The notes under the pieces are model-generated. The model was given only the letters and a program-made list of their open reading frames with translations, was not told the DNA's origin and ran no database searches. DNA of 64,000 bases from an uncultured delta proteobacterium (GTDB lineage Bacteria; Desulfobacterota; Binatia; UBA9968), in NCBI GenBank assembly GCA_963745835.1, contig CAVUZH010000016.1, forward strand, positions 320,001 through 384,000, in the 5' to 3' direction. Within the stretch, counting starts at the first letter, position 1. Every line of letters starts with the position of its first letter. Shown piece after piece: positions 40,320 to 49,163 of this stretch. The position numbers and the translations under genes were made by a program.

Positions 40320-40489
40320 GCTCAACCGGGAAACTCACGGTTGGATGGGACGGTTCCGTATGGACGGGCGCCAAAAGCTGGCAGCGGACGCCCGAAACCG
40401 GATACATTCTAGCCAGCGGTAAAAAGGTCCGAGCGCCCGGCGCGAAGAAACGCGGTCGAAAGCCAAAAATGGTTGAAGCGGCGAGTTAA
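40320..40489 (+). pseudogene. Degenerate phage-like hypothetical gene, copy 2 (3' part)
   Basis: THGWMGRFRMDGRQKLA / GYILASGKKVRAPGAKKRGRKPK; DNA homologous to 33540-33710. Confidence 0.55.
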
Positions 40490-40608
40490 AGCGCGCCGCT
40501 TGGAAACGAAGTAAAACAGCGCCCGTGCGAAAGTAACCCATTCGCAAACCGGCGCCGATGCGTTATGAATTAGATTCTTGCGCTTAGGATGAGAAATATT
40601 CGGAGATC

Positions 40609-41772
40609 CTATTGCTCATTTTCGACTTCCGGCAAGTTTGGATAATACTCCCGCACAAAGTCGCTCTGTCTCGGTACGCACGTCACTCTGACGTCCGCGG
40701 TTCGAACGTGCGCGAAAAGCGGTCCATCTAAACTTACCAAGGAGAATGTCGGCTCCTTCTGTTCATTATCCAATAACCCAAGCAAACCGCTTGGTTGAGA
40801 AGGAGTTACCCGGCACCGAATTGATTCTCCCCGATTTAGAGTCCTGACCACTATCCGGTCAGTGGGACTAAACGGTCCAGTCTGACGATCACTCCATAGC
40901 TCGACTCCGTCCGTGATGGCCTCAATTTTGTGCTCGTATAACAAATCGAAATCGATAGCACCGGGGATCCATTCTGCATGCTGAATGCATAGCGCAATAC
41001 TAACGAAAGTCGTCAAGCAGAACTGAGCGGCGGAATCGTGCCAGTTGCCCGGATGCCCAAATCGCGCTTGATTCCATTTGAGCGACGGTTCCCCATCTGC
41101 GGTCTCAACAACCCGTGGCAGGAACTCCTGAAGCGTTAAATAGTCATTGCCGTTAACACCAAATGCAGACAATTTTATCGCATCTTCAGCTTTGGCCACA
41201 CCGGCCTGCAGCCCTCTAAGGGCGGAATTATCAAGGAAAAGGCTATGTGCTGCCAGCGCGAGGTGCTCCAGAACACTTCGAGGATTGTTGTCCCGGTAGG
41301 CAACCATGGCATTATCGTAATGTCGTTTGACGTCTTCGTTCCCGATAAGACTTGCTTCATCGAGTTCGTCGAGAGGCAACCCTAAGTACTCTTCACACCA
41401 GCCGGATACGTAGGAGTAGGCGTTCTCTCCAACGCGATACCACTGGTGCGGATCGGGAAATATGCCGTAGTGCTTGATATTCGTGCGGACGCGATTCAGT
41501 TGGTTGAAGTAGTCGCGCCCATCAACCTCCCGCTCGGGATGTCCCGCGCGAATAGCGGGAAAATAGTCCATAAGATAGGTCTGCGCTGATTTTGGCAACC
41601 GCCCAAGATGACGCACAACGGCAGCAAGCGCCAATTCTGCAGCATCATGAGCAGTCAAAATATGACTGGCGAGAGTCTGTCGATCCGATCGTGGTACACC
41701 GGAGAAGCGAATGCGACCGAGTAGGTCCTTGGCGAGCAGTAAACGTTCGATTACGTGTTGAGCCAAAGCCAT
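40609..41772 (-). CDS. Hypothetical protein with a putative N-terminal HEPN-like domain
   Basis: 387 aa; HDAAELAL helix and LNRVRTNIKHYG (Rx4H) motif. Confidence 0.65.
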   Translation of the reverse strand: MALAQHVIERLLLAKDLLGRIRFSGVPRSDRQTLASHILTAHDAAELALAAVVRHLGRLPKSAQTYLMDYFPAIRAGHPEREVDGRDYFNQLNRVRTNIKHYGIFPDPHQWYRVGENAYSYVSGWCEEYLGLPLDELDEASLIGNEDVKRHYDNAMVAYRDNNPRSVLEHLALAAHSLFLDNSALRGLQAGVAKAEDAIKLSAFGVNGNDYLTLQEFLPRVVETADGEPSLKWNQARFGHPGNWHDSAAQFCLTTFVSIALCIQHAEWIPGAIDFDLLYEHKIEAITDGVELWSDRQTGPFSPTDRIVVRTLNRGESIRCRVTPSQPSGLLGLLDNEQKEPTFSLVSLDGPLFAHVRTADVRVTCVPRQSDFVREYYPNLPEVENEQ

Positions 41773-41903
41773 TTATTCTTTCCTCGTGAGCAATTTGGGC
41801 ACCACCTCTAAGTTCGTCTGAGATATAAGAGCGAGATCAACTTACCGTCTCGCGACGCTCCTCCACGTGTAGTCCTGGTGTACTCCCCGAACCTTTAATC
41901 ACT

Positions 41904-42166
41904 CTATTTCTGCCGTTGCTTGATCCTCTGATTCAAGGACTGCAGAACTCCCGCATCCACGGCAGAAATCACATCCACTGCGGCATCCAGCTCTTCTTCG
42001 GTCATCCCGCTTTCCTTGCGTCCGCAAGGCGGCGCTCCACTCACGGATCGCAAAGCCGCATCATCGCTACGGCCAGGCCCATGAGCATTTTCTCACGCTC
42101 GGTTAAACATTCGACTGCATGGGCATCGCGATAAAATGTGCGAAATCGGCTTTCTTCATTGTCAAT
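41904..42166 (-). pseudogene. AhpD/CMD-family CxxU selenoprotein gene with a 1 nt frameshift
   Basis: LTEREKMLMGLAVAMMRLCDP-TGA(42043-42041)-VERRLADARKAG / MTEEELDAAVDVISAVDAG...; SECIS-like hairpin 11 nt after the TGA. Confidence 0.7.
42014..42029 (-). promoter_or_regulatory. Putative bacterial SECIS upper stem-loop
   Basis: CCTTGC-GGAC-GCAAGG beginning exactly 11 nt after the in-frame UGA. Confidence 0.6.
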
Positions 42167-42201
42167 AACCTCCCTCAGTGAACCCCGCTCGCCGGCGAAG
42201 C

Positions 42202-42319
42202 CGTTCCAATCGTTCCAGTTGTTCCAAATCGTTCCAATCGTTGAACTCGACGATCCTTCGAGCAGTTGAATCTTAGATCTTTACATTGGAACTTTTGGAA
42301 CGGCTGAAACCATTGGAAC
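42202..42319. repeat. Palindromic array of ~9 bp GTTCCA(A/G) units
   Basis: Four GTTCCA units, a spacer, then TTGGAAC-type units in inverted orientation. Confidence 0.75.
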
Positions 42320-42331
42320 CAGGTTTCATCG

Positions 42332-43324
42332 TTATTCCGGCTTTACGCCCGTAATCAGCGCATAAGAAAAAGTTCCCTTCACGTGAGCGTGGTCGTCGTG
42401 CGCGTGCCAGGTAAAATAATTTTTCTTCATGCGTTGAGCCAGCTCCGGCGCTTCCTTTTCGAGCTCCAACGCCGCTTCCAGCCAATGACGGCCGGTCGGG
42501 ATTCCGTCCATTCCTTCCTGGTTGAACGAGTAAGACAAAATATTGGTGCGTGGAATACGATAGCCGGCTTTAGACAGCAAACGTTGAATGCTGCTCGCGG
42601 TGTGAAAGCGAAACTCCGGGCCGTGCGTGCGCCGGAAAACCTGATTGATTTTCGCCTCCAGTGCCGCATCCACCGCGTCTTTGGCTTCTTCGATAATTGG
42701 ATCGAGCACAACGAACCTGCCGTTGCCCTTCAGCACTCGCATCACTTCTTTGACCACGCCTGACGGATTGCCGAAGTGATGCAAGCTGAACGAGACAAAC
42801 GCCCGATCGAAGGAATTGGATTTCAACGGCAAAGCATCAGCAGCGCCGCCGCTTTGAAAGTACGAAGATATCGGCTCTTTGTGCTGGTGACCGACATCGA
42901 GCATCGCCAAAGCCTGATCGACACCGACAATGCGACCGGTCTTGATGTGCTTGGAAACCGGCCGGGCGACGCGCCCAGTTCCGGTAGCCAAGTCGAGCAC
43001 CCATTCGTTACCGCTAAGGGCTAGCATCTCGATCATCTTGATCGTCAACGAACCGCGGATCCCCTCCATGGTAGAACGGCGGTCAAATTCCGCCGCGTGC
43101 GCCGGATCGTGGAAGCGGGTCTTATGATCGTGCCCATGGCTGTGACCGTGCTCGTGGGAATGACCGCGATCGTGAGAGTGCTCGTGATCATGTGAGTGAC
43201 CATGATCCGAGTGATCGTGTGCGCGATGCTGACCGTGGGAATGATCGTGCTGATCCTCGTGTTTATGATCGCCTTGATGATGATCGTGATCGTGTCGGTG
43301 GTCGTGTTTGTCTTGTTCCGCCAT
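42332..43324 (-). CDS. Class I SAM methyltransferase with a long His-rich N-terminus
   Basis: MAEQDKHDHRHDHDHH...HGHSHGHDH (~70 aa), then VLDLATGTG, SLHHF.NP, RVLK.NG. Confidence 0.88.
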   Translation of the reverse strand: MAEQDKHDHRHDHDHHQGDHKHEDQHDHSHGQHRAHDHSDHGHSHDHEHSHDRGHSHEHGHSHGHDHKTRFHDPAHAAEFDRRSTMEGIRGSLTIKMIEMLALSGNEWVLDLATGTGRVARPVSKHIKTGRIVGVDQALAMLDVGHQHKEPISSYFQSGGAADALPLKSNSFDRAFVSFSLHHFGNPSGVVKEVMRVLKGNGRFVVLDPIIEEAKDAVDAALEAKINQVFRRTHGPEFRFHTASSIQRLLSKAGYRIPRTNILSYSFNQEGMDGIPTGRHWLEAALELEKEAPELAQRMKKNYFTWHAHDDHAHVKGTFSYALITGVKPE

Positions 43325-43352
43325 TGTGTTAGTTCCTATTTTCTTGTCCGTA

Positions 43353-43382
43353 CTGTTGCCTGGTGCCTGTCGCCTCGTGCCT
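43353..43382 (-). repeat. Heptamer tandem repeat (AGGCRNN x4)
   Basis: Minus strand AGGCACG AGGCGAC AGGCACC AGGCAAC directly after the EVE stop codon. Confidence 0.6.
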
Positions 43383-43794
43383 ATTTGCTCTTGGCCATTC
43401 CTTCCATGATTTCCCACTGCTCGTCCGTCACCTTCATGATCGACAAACGGGAGTTTCGCACCAGATCGAAATTCTTTAACTTCGGATGCGCTTTCACCTC
43501 GGCGAGAGTGACAGGTTTCGCTAGCGGCTTCCCTGCTTCGACATCGACCACCAGCAGCTTTGGATCGTTTTTACTGGGATCCGGATAGGCGCCGCCCAAG
43601 GCTTTTGCCACACCAACCGCCGCCTTTTCATCCCCGGTGTGATAGATGAAAATCAAATCGCCTTTTTTGATATCTCGGAGATTCTTCAACGCTAAATTGT
43701 TGGCCACCCCGTCCCAAACCGTTTTTTTGTCTTTCTGCAATTGTTGAAACGAATAAACGCTTGGCTCTGTCTTGAACAACCAGTGATTTGGCAT
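43381..43794 (-). CDS. EVE domain protein
   Basis: WLFKTEP..YS, WDGV.N, FIYHTG, RNSRLSIM; GGAGGAGG SD before ATG 43794. Confidence 0.92.
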   Translation of the reverse strand: MPNHWLFKTEPSVYSFQQLQKDKKTVWDGVANNLALKNLRDIKKGDLIFIYHTGDEKAAVGVAKALGGAYPDPSKNDPKLLVVDVEAGKPLAKPVTLAEVKAHPKLKNFDLVRNSRLSIMKVTDEQWEIMEGMAKSK

Positions 43795-44019
43795 TGAACT
43801 CCTCCTCCATGGATTTATAGAACAGCAGATGGCTCCAATACAAACAGGCACATGACATTCGCGACAGAACGCGAAACCATGGCCACGGCTCCATCTCACT
43901 ATTGTTTTTTGGTTCTCAGCCCGATGAAGTTTAAAGCTACGCCCTCCGTGCTGCGCTTCACGAATCCATCCATAGTCTCGAAAATTGCGCCGCATCCATT
44001 AAGATGATACTTCCAATCC

Positions 44020-45627
44020 ATGCCTAGTTTCGTTGATTTCTGCGCTGAGTATTTCGAAAAATACTTCCGTCTTCATCCCGCTGAAGCGATCTACTACGGC
44101 GTGACCGGTTACGATCATCTGTTGAACGATTATTCCGATGAGACCTACGCCGCGCAGAAGAGGCTGGTTAATGATTCGCTGGAGACCTTGCGGCAGATAT
44201 CAATCAAAGATTTGAATGCCGATCAGGCCATTGATTACGCTCTCCTGGACGGGCGCTTGAGCATCCAAAAGTATGAGCAGGAGAGAGAGGATTACCGGCT
44301 GAAGTGGCCCGATCACTATCTTGCTACAGATGCCATCTATATCCTGACAGTCCGGGAAACCGATGATCTCGAAAAAAATCTTTTAAGCCGTCTGCAGGGC
44401 ACGGCCGATTTGGTCCGTCAGGGAATCAGCAATCTAAGCCGGCCGGAAGCCAATCCGCCTCGGCTGTGGACCGAAATGTCCATTCAAGCGGCTAAAGGGG
44501 GCAGTACCTTTCTGGAAACGCTGCCCAGCCATCCGAAAGTTCAGGCAACCATCAAAGATAGCGCAACACTTCGAGCTGCGATTGAGCGGGCAAAGAGCGC
44601 AATCGATGATTATGCGGGTTTTCTGACGGGGGATCTTCTGCCCCGCAGCCGCGGCGTTTACGCCGTCGGAAAAGAGCATTACAACTTGCTGCTCAGGAAA
44701 AAACACTTTCTCGATCTGGACGCGCAGGCGCTTCTCACTTTGGGTGAAAATCTTTTCTCTCAAACCCGGCAGGAGCTGCTGGCGCTCTCCGAGGAGGTGG
44801 CGCCGGGTAAAGGCATCGAGGAGGTGGCGCGAAAGATTCAGGATGACCATCCGAAAAGCGAGGAGATCCTTACGGCTTATCAGAAAGCCATGGAGTCTGC
44901 CCGACAGTTCGTCAAAGATAAAAGCCTGGTCTCTTTTCCGCCCAGAGAAGAACTGCACGTGGTCCACACCCCGGAGTTTCGCCGCCACGAAATTCCCTTT
45001 GCCGCGTATCTCTCGCCATCGCCCAAAGACCCCAACCAGGTCGGCTACTACTACGTCACACCTGTCACCGATGACGATCTCTTACGTGAGCATAACTGGG
45101 TGGGCCTCGAGAATACCTCGGTCCATGAAAGCTATCCCGGTCATCATCTTCAATTCTCGGTCGCCAATTCAATACCGGCAGCATCGACCTTGCCGCGGCT
45201 CATGAACGAGTCCTCGGTTTTCTACGAGGGATGGGCGCTGTATTGCGAGCAACTCATGCAAGAGCAAGGTTTTTTAAAGAGCAGGGAACATCGGTTTGTT
45301 ATGCTCAAGGATCGGCTATGGCGTGCGTTGCGCATTATCATCGATGTCAAAACACAAACCGGCAAAATGACTTACGAGGAAGCGGCGGACTTGATGGTGC
45401 GCGAGCTGCATTTCCCGCGCGCGCAGGCCTGCGGTGATCTCAACTGGTACAGCCAATCGCCGGCGGTTCCGATGGGCTATGCTTTGGGTTGGTCGATCAT
45501 CAATCGCATGCGCCAGCAAGAGACCACACGACTTGGCGCCAAGTTCGACTTGCGCAATTTCCACGATCGCCTGCTCGGCGCCGGCAGTATTTCCCTGCCG
45601 CTGGTAGAACGAAGACACTTCACGTGA
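44020..45627 (+). CDS. DUF885 family protein (putative metallopeptidase)
   Basis: HESYPGHHLQ, FYEGWALYCE, RALRIIID, FHDRLL..G. Confidence 0.9.
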   Translation: MPSFVDFCAEYFEKYFRLHPAEAIYYGVTGYDHLLNDYSDETYAAQKRLVNDSLETLRQISIKDLNADQAIDYALLDGRLSIQKYEQEREDYRLKWPDHYLATDAIYILTVRETDDLEKNLLSRLQGTADLVRQGISNLSRPEANPPRLWTEMSIQAAKGGSTFLETLPSHPKVQATIKDSATLRAAIERAKSAIDDYAGFLTGDLLPRSRGVYAVGKEHYNLLLRKKHFLDLDAQALLTLGENLFSQTRQELLALSEEVAPGKGIEEVARKIQDDHPKSEEILTAYQKAMESARQFVKDKSLVSFPPREELHVVHTPEFRRHEIPFAAYLSPSPKDPNQVGYYYVTPVTDDDLLREHNWVGLENTSVHESYPGHHLQFSVANSIPAASTLPRLMNESSVFYEGWALYCEQLMQEQGFLKSREHRFVMLKDRLWRALRIIIDVKTQTGKMTYEEAADLMVRELHFPRAQACGDLNWYSQSPAVPMGYALGWSIINRMRQQETTRLGAKFDLRNFHDRLLGAGSISLPLVERRHFT

Positions 45628-45640
45628 TTATCCTCAATGT

Positions 45641-45728
45641 TTGGAACATCTTGAACGATTGGAACGGCTGCAATCGTGTCGCGCCACGAATTCGTTCCAC
45701 TCGTTTCAATTATTCCAGATGTTCCAAT
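45641..45728. repeat. Palindromic array of ~9 bp TTGGAAC/GTTCCA units
   Basis: TTGGAACATCTTGAACGATTGGAACGGCTG...GTTCCACTCGTTTCAATTATTCCAGATGTTCCAA between the DUF885 gene and nfo. Confidence 0.75.
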
Positions 45729-46680
45729 GGTTACTAAGACGAAAACGAAACCGCGCCGTCCGTTACTCGGCGCTCATATGTCGATTGCCGGCGGCGTCGG
45801 CAACGCGCTGCTGCTCGGCGCGAAAGTTCAATGCGATGCGATTCAGATCTTTACCAAGTCGTCACGGCAGTGGGCCGGTAAGCCTTACACGCAGGAAGAG
45901 ATTACACAGTATCGCGAGAATCAGAAAACAACCGGGATCAAGAAGGTCATCGCCCACGACTCTTATCTATTGAATCTTGGCTCGCCCGACGGCGTGTTGC
46001 GGCAGCGTTCCATTTTGGCCTTCATCGATGAGATGGAGCGTTGCGAGACATTGGGCATTTCGAATCTGATCGCCCATCCCGGTTCCCACGTCGGCTCGGG
46101 AGAAGACCAAGGCCTTAAGACCATCGCCAGTTCTCTCAATGAAGTGCACCAGGCTTGCCCCGGCTACAAGGTGAACGTGACCCTGGAGATCACAGCGGGC
46201 CAGGGATCGAATCTCGGCTATCGTTTCGAGCACATCGTTAGAATGTTCGATGCCACCCGAGAAAACGAGCGCCTGCGGGTGTGCTTTGATACCGAGCATG
46301 CTTTTGCCGCAGGCTACGATATTCGAACAAGAGAGGGCTACGAACGAACATTCACGGAATTCGACGAAACCATCGGTATCGAACGGCTGGCCGCGTTTCA
46401 TCTCAACGATTCGAAAAAAGAATTTAACTCGCGGGTCGATCGGCACGAGCATATCGGCAAAGGCCACATCGGCGTGGAGGCTTTTCGATTGCTGATGAAC
46501 GATAAGCGCTTTTGGGGTGTGCCTATGTGTCTCGAAACACCGAAAGGGCTGGATTTGGCGGAAGACCGCGAAAACTTAGGTTTGCTTCGCAGCCTATTTA
46601 TCCCGAGTTCGGTCGTTCAAAGCGATACCGCGCTACTGGCGAGCGCGGCGGAGCGAACGCAACCCAGCGGTCCCGTCTAG
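45727..46680 (+). CDS. nfo: Endonuclease IV
   Basis: LGAHMSIAGG, HDSYLLNL, EITAGQG, CFDTEH, HLNDSK, DRHEHIG, LETP. Confidence 0.95.
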   Translation: MVTKTKTKPRRPLLGAHMSIAGGVGNALLLGAKVQCDAIQIFTKSSRQWAGKPYTQEEITQYRENQKTTGIKKVIAHDSYLLNLGSPDGVLRQRSILAFIDEMERCETLGISNLIAHPGSHVGSGEDQGLKTIASSLNEVHQACPGYKVNVTLEITAGQGSNLGYRFEHIVRMFDATRENERLRVCFDTEHAFAAGYDIRTREGYERTFTEFDETIGIERLAAFHLNDSKKEFNSRVDRHEHIGKGHIGVEAFRLLMNDKRFWGVPMCLETPKGLDLAEDRENLGLLRSLFIPSSVVQSDTALLASAAERTQPSGPV

Positions 46681-46823
46681 AGATCTGCAATCTCCCCGGT
46701 TGGTGCACACTGAAGTCCCGGCAAAAGTATCAGCCCTGATCCAACACCGTAAAGACCGTTGGAATTTGGTTTCTATCTTGGCTCAGGTGCAGGAATACTT
46801 ACGGTGAACTTTGAGGCAGAAGC

Positions 46824-47555
46824 TTATGCCGGAGGAATCTCAACTCCGGGAAAGAAGTACTGCACAACCAAGCCGATCAGATATCCCGCCCCGGCGGCGC
46901 CGACCGCCACCAGGAAAAATTCCAGACCGCCGAGTGTGAGTGACTTACCCGCGAGTTTCCCCTTTAATGCGCCGACGCCAAAAAGTGTTATGCCACCAAG
47001 CAGAGCCGAAATATAAAAGGCCGTCAGGCCCGATGCGATCATGTAAGGAATAATCGGCACGATCGCGCCGACAATAAAGGACAGGCCCATCACCAGCGCA
47101 GCCTGCACCGGCTGATTGATTTCAGCACTGCCCAGCCCGAAGACTTTTTCCTGGAAGGTCCGCATAAAGACGTTACGCTCTTGGCTGAGAACCTTCACCA
47201 TCCGGTAGCTCTGTTCCTTGCTTAGACCCTCTTCGCCCAGCGCTCTCAGTAGTCCTTCAGCCGCCATATAGGGCTCTCGTTCAGCCAGCGCTTCGGCCTC
47301 GCGCAACTCCTTGTCGAATATTTCCTTCTGCGCGGCGGACGAGAGATAGGAGCCCGCGGCCATCGAAATCGCGCCCGAAAACATCGCGGTAAATCCCGCT
47401 ATGATGACCACCAACCGGTTCTCGGTGGCGCCGTGAATACCGGCCAGGAGACCCACCGTGCTGATCAACCCATCTTGTATGCCGAAAACAAATTCACGAA
47501 TGCGCGCGCGGCTTTCAATAACCTGTTTCTTCTGCTGTATAACTTCCAGGACCAT
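46824..47555 (-). CDS. VIT1/CCC1 family metal transporter
   Basis: REFVFGIQDGLIS, SGAISMAAGSYLS, GAIVPIIPY. Confidence 0.92.
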   Translation of the reverse strand: MVLEVIQQKKQVIESRARIREFVFGIQDGLISTVGLLAGIHGATENRLVVIIAGFTAMFSGAISMAAGSYLSSAAQKEIFDKELREAEALAEREPYMAAEGLLRALGEEGLSKEQSYRMVKVLSQERNVFMRTFQEKVFGLGSAEINQPVQAALVMGLSFIVGAIVPIIPYMIASGLTAFYISALLGGITLFGVGALKGKLAGKSLTLGGLEFFLVAVGAAGAGYLIGLVVQYFFPGVEIPPA

Positions 47556-47648
47556 GGGGAATTAGCACTGATTCAAATCAGAATCTGCATTGTCATAACC
47601 AGAAAAGAGCGAGCAGAACGAGCGCCAATCTGGAAACATGGAGCCAGC

Positions 47649-48182
47649 TCAATATTTGCGGTCGAGACCGCCGGTGGCCTCGCCAGGCTTCCATTCCGAC
47701 GGGCAAAGGCGCTCGGTGCGCAGCGCTTTGAGAACGCGCAGAGTTTCCTCGACGCTGCGCCCGACATTTACGTGGCTAATTACCAGGTAACTCACCTCGC
47801 CATTGGGATTAATGATGAAAGTAGCTCTTAACGGGACTCCCTCCCTCTCATCGAGAACGCCGTAGGCTCGGCTCAAAGTTTTCTCTTCGTCGCTAAGCAG
47901 GGGATAATCGATGCCGCCCAGTTCATCCGCCCAGGAACGATGGCTATCCAGAGAATCAACGCTGACGCCAAGAATTTCGGCCTCTTGGGCGGCAAATTCC
48001 TTGGCCAGCTTGCTGAAGCCAACGACCTCGGTTGGACAGATAAAGGTAAAATCGGCCGGGTAAAAAAATAACACGAGCCATTTGCCCGTATAGCGAGATA
48101 GGGAGTACTCCGAGACTCTGTTCTGGTGCACTCCTTTAACGGCGAAATCCGGCGCTTTATCGCCGAGTCTCACTAGACTCAT
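47649..48182 (-). CDS. 2-Cys peroxiredoxin (AhpC/Prx1 type)
   Basis: FFYPADFTFICPTE, GRSVEETLR, CPSEWKPG. Confidence 0.93.
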   Translation of the reverse strand: MSLVRLGDKAPDFAVKGVHQNRVSEYSLSRYTGKWLVLFFYPADFTFICPTEVVGFSKLAKEFAAQEAEILGVSVDSLDSHRSWADELGGIDYPLLSDEEKTLSRAYGVLDEREGVPLRATFIINPNGEVSYLVISHVNVGRSVEETLRVLKALRTERLCPSEWKPGEATGGLDRKY

Positions 48183-48206
48183 TTTTGCTCCTCGCGGCTA
48201 CCCTGT

Positions 48207-48887
48207 CTAAGGAATATTCTGCCAAAGCGAAAAGGTATCTTTCTCTCGGCTCGGGTTCGAAATAAACCAACGCTCATCGATCTGTCCTGCTTTCAACACT
48301 CCGAAAAAGAAAATCCGCAGCATCTGCTCGATCAACTGAGGCAACGGCAAATCGCGCTTGGCTTGATACCAGGTATAGGTCCAGTTCATCATGCCAAAAA
48401 GAGAAAAGGTCGCGACCCGCAAGTCCACTCCTTTGCCACCTTCTTGCTGCTGCCATTCCTCAACCAGATCCATAAGAACCTTTACGTAACGGCGCTTGAG
48501 CACCAGAATCTTATCGGCGAACTCGCCGTTCAATGACTCGTCTTCGTGCGCCATCACTTTCATCTCGTGCGTGTTATGCCAGAAAAAGCTCAGGTGATTT
48601 GCGGCGAAGAGTCCAATGCGAGCGCGCACATCCATCTCCGCGCCGGAAGCTTGTTCCCAGCGCTGTAACAGAGTCAGAAAACAGCGCTCCTGGATCAGGT
48701 AAAGGAGCTCCTCCTTGGTCGTAAAGTAATAGTAGAGACCCGCCAAACTCATCTTTGTGGCGCGCGAGATGTCGCGCACCGAGGTGCGATGAAAGCCTTT
48801 TTCGGCAAAGATTTTCGCTGACGTTTTAAGGATGTGTTGCAGCTTTTCATCGTAGTGACGGGTAGCGGGCTCCAAGCGGCTGGACAT
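48207..48887 (-). CDS. TetR family regulator (PaaR/KstR2-like)
   Basis: FAEKGFHRTSVRDI, GLYYYFTTKEELL, GMMNWTYTWY; divergent from the paa-like cluster. Confidence 0.88.
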   Translation of the reverse strand: MSSRLEPATRHYDEKLQHILKTSAKIFAEKGFHRTSVRDISRATKMSLAGLYYYFTTKEELLYLIQERCFLTLLQRWEQASGAEMDVRARIGLFAANHLSFFWHNTHEMKVMAHEDESLNGEFADKILVLKRRYVKVLMDLVEEWQQQEGGKGVDLRVATFSLFGMMNWTYTWYQAKRDLPLPQLIEQMLRIFFFGVLKAGQIDERWFISNPSREKDTFSLWQNIP

Positions 48888-49163
48888 AAGGCAACGATAC
48901 TTGCAAATCGCCGGAGACCTGTCAATTGAGCTGGTTAGCGATAGCCCCGGAACGCAGCCTGGTGGAAACCGCGCCGCGCCGCAATTCGTCGTCATTGATT
49001 AAGGCGGCCGAAAACTTCTCAGGAGGCGCGATAATCTATACGCTGATAGGGCTTGGCGCACATCAACAGTTGGCTGTTTTCGCAGCTGTTCCAATGGGAG
49101 CGGCGCGGATCGTTTCTTGAATCGACTTAGGCCATGGTGTATGTCTTAAAGTTCAAGCTACTC

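Noticed and set aside
41795-41804. TTGGGCACCA as a tRNA 3' end or att site at the island edge
   Set aside because: No T-loop or cloverleaf upstream and no convincing partner copy at the other boundary.
42202-42319. GTTCCAAT repeats as a CRISPR array
   Set aside because: Units are ~9 bp, abutting and inverted, with no unique spacers.
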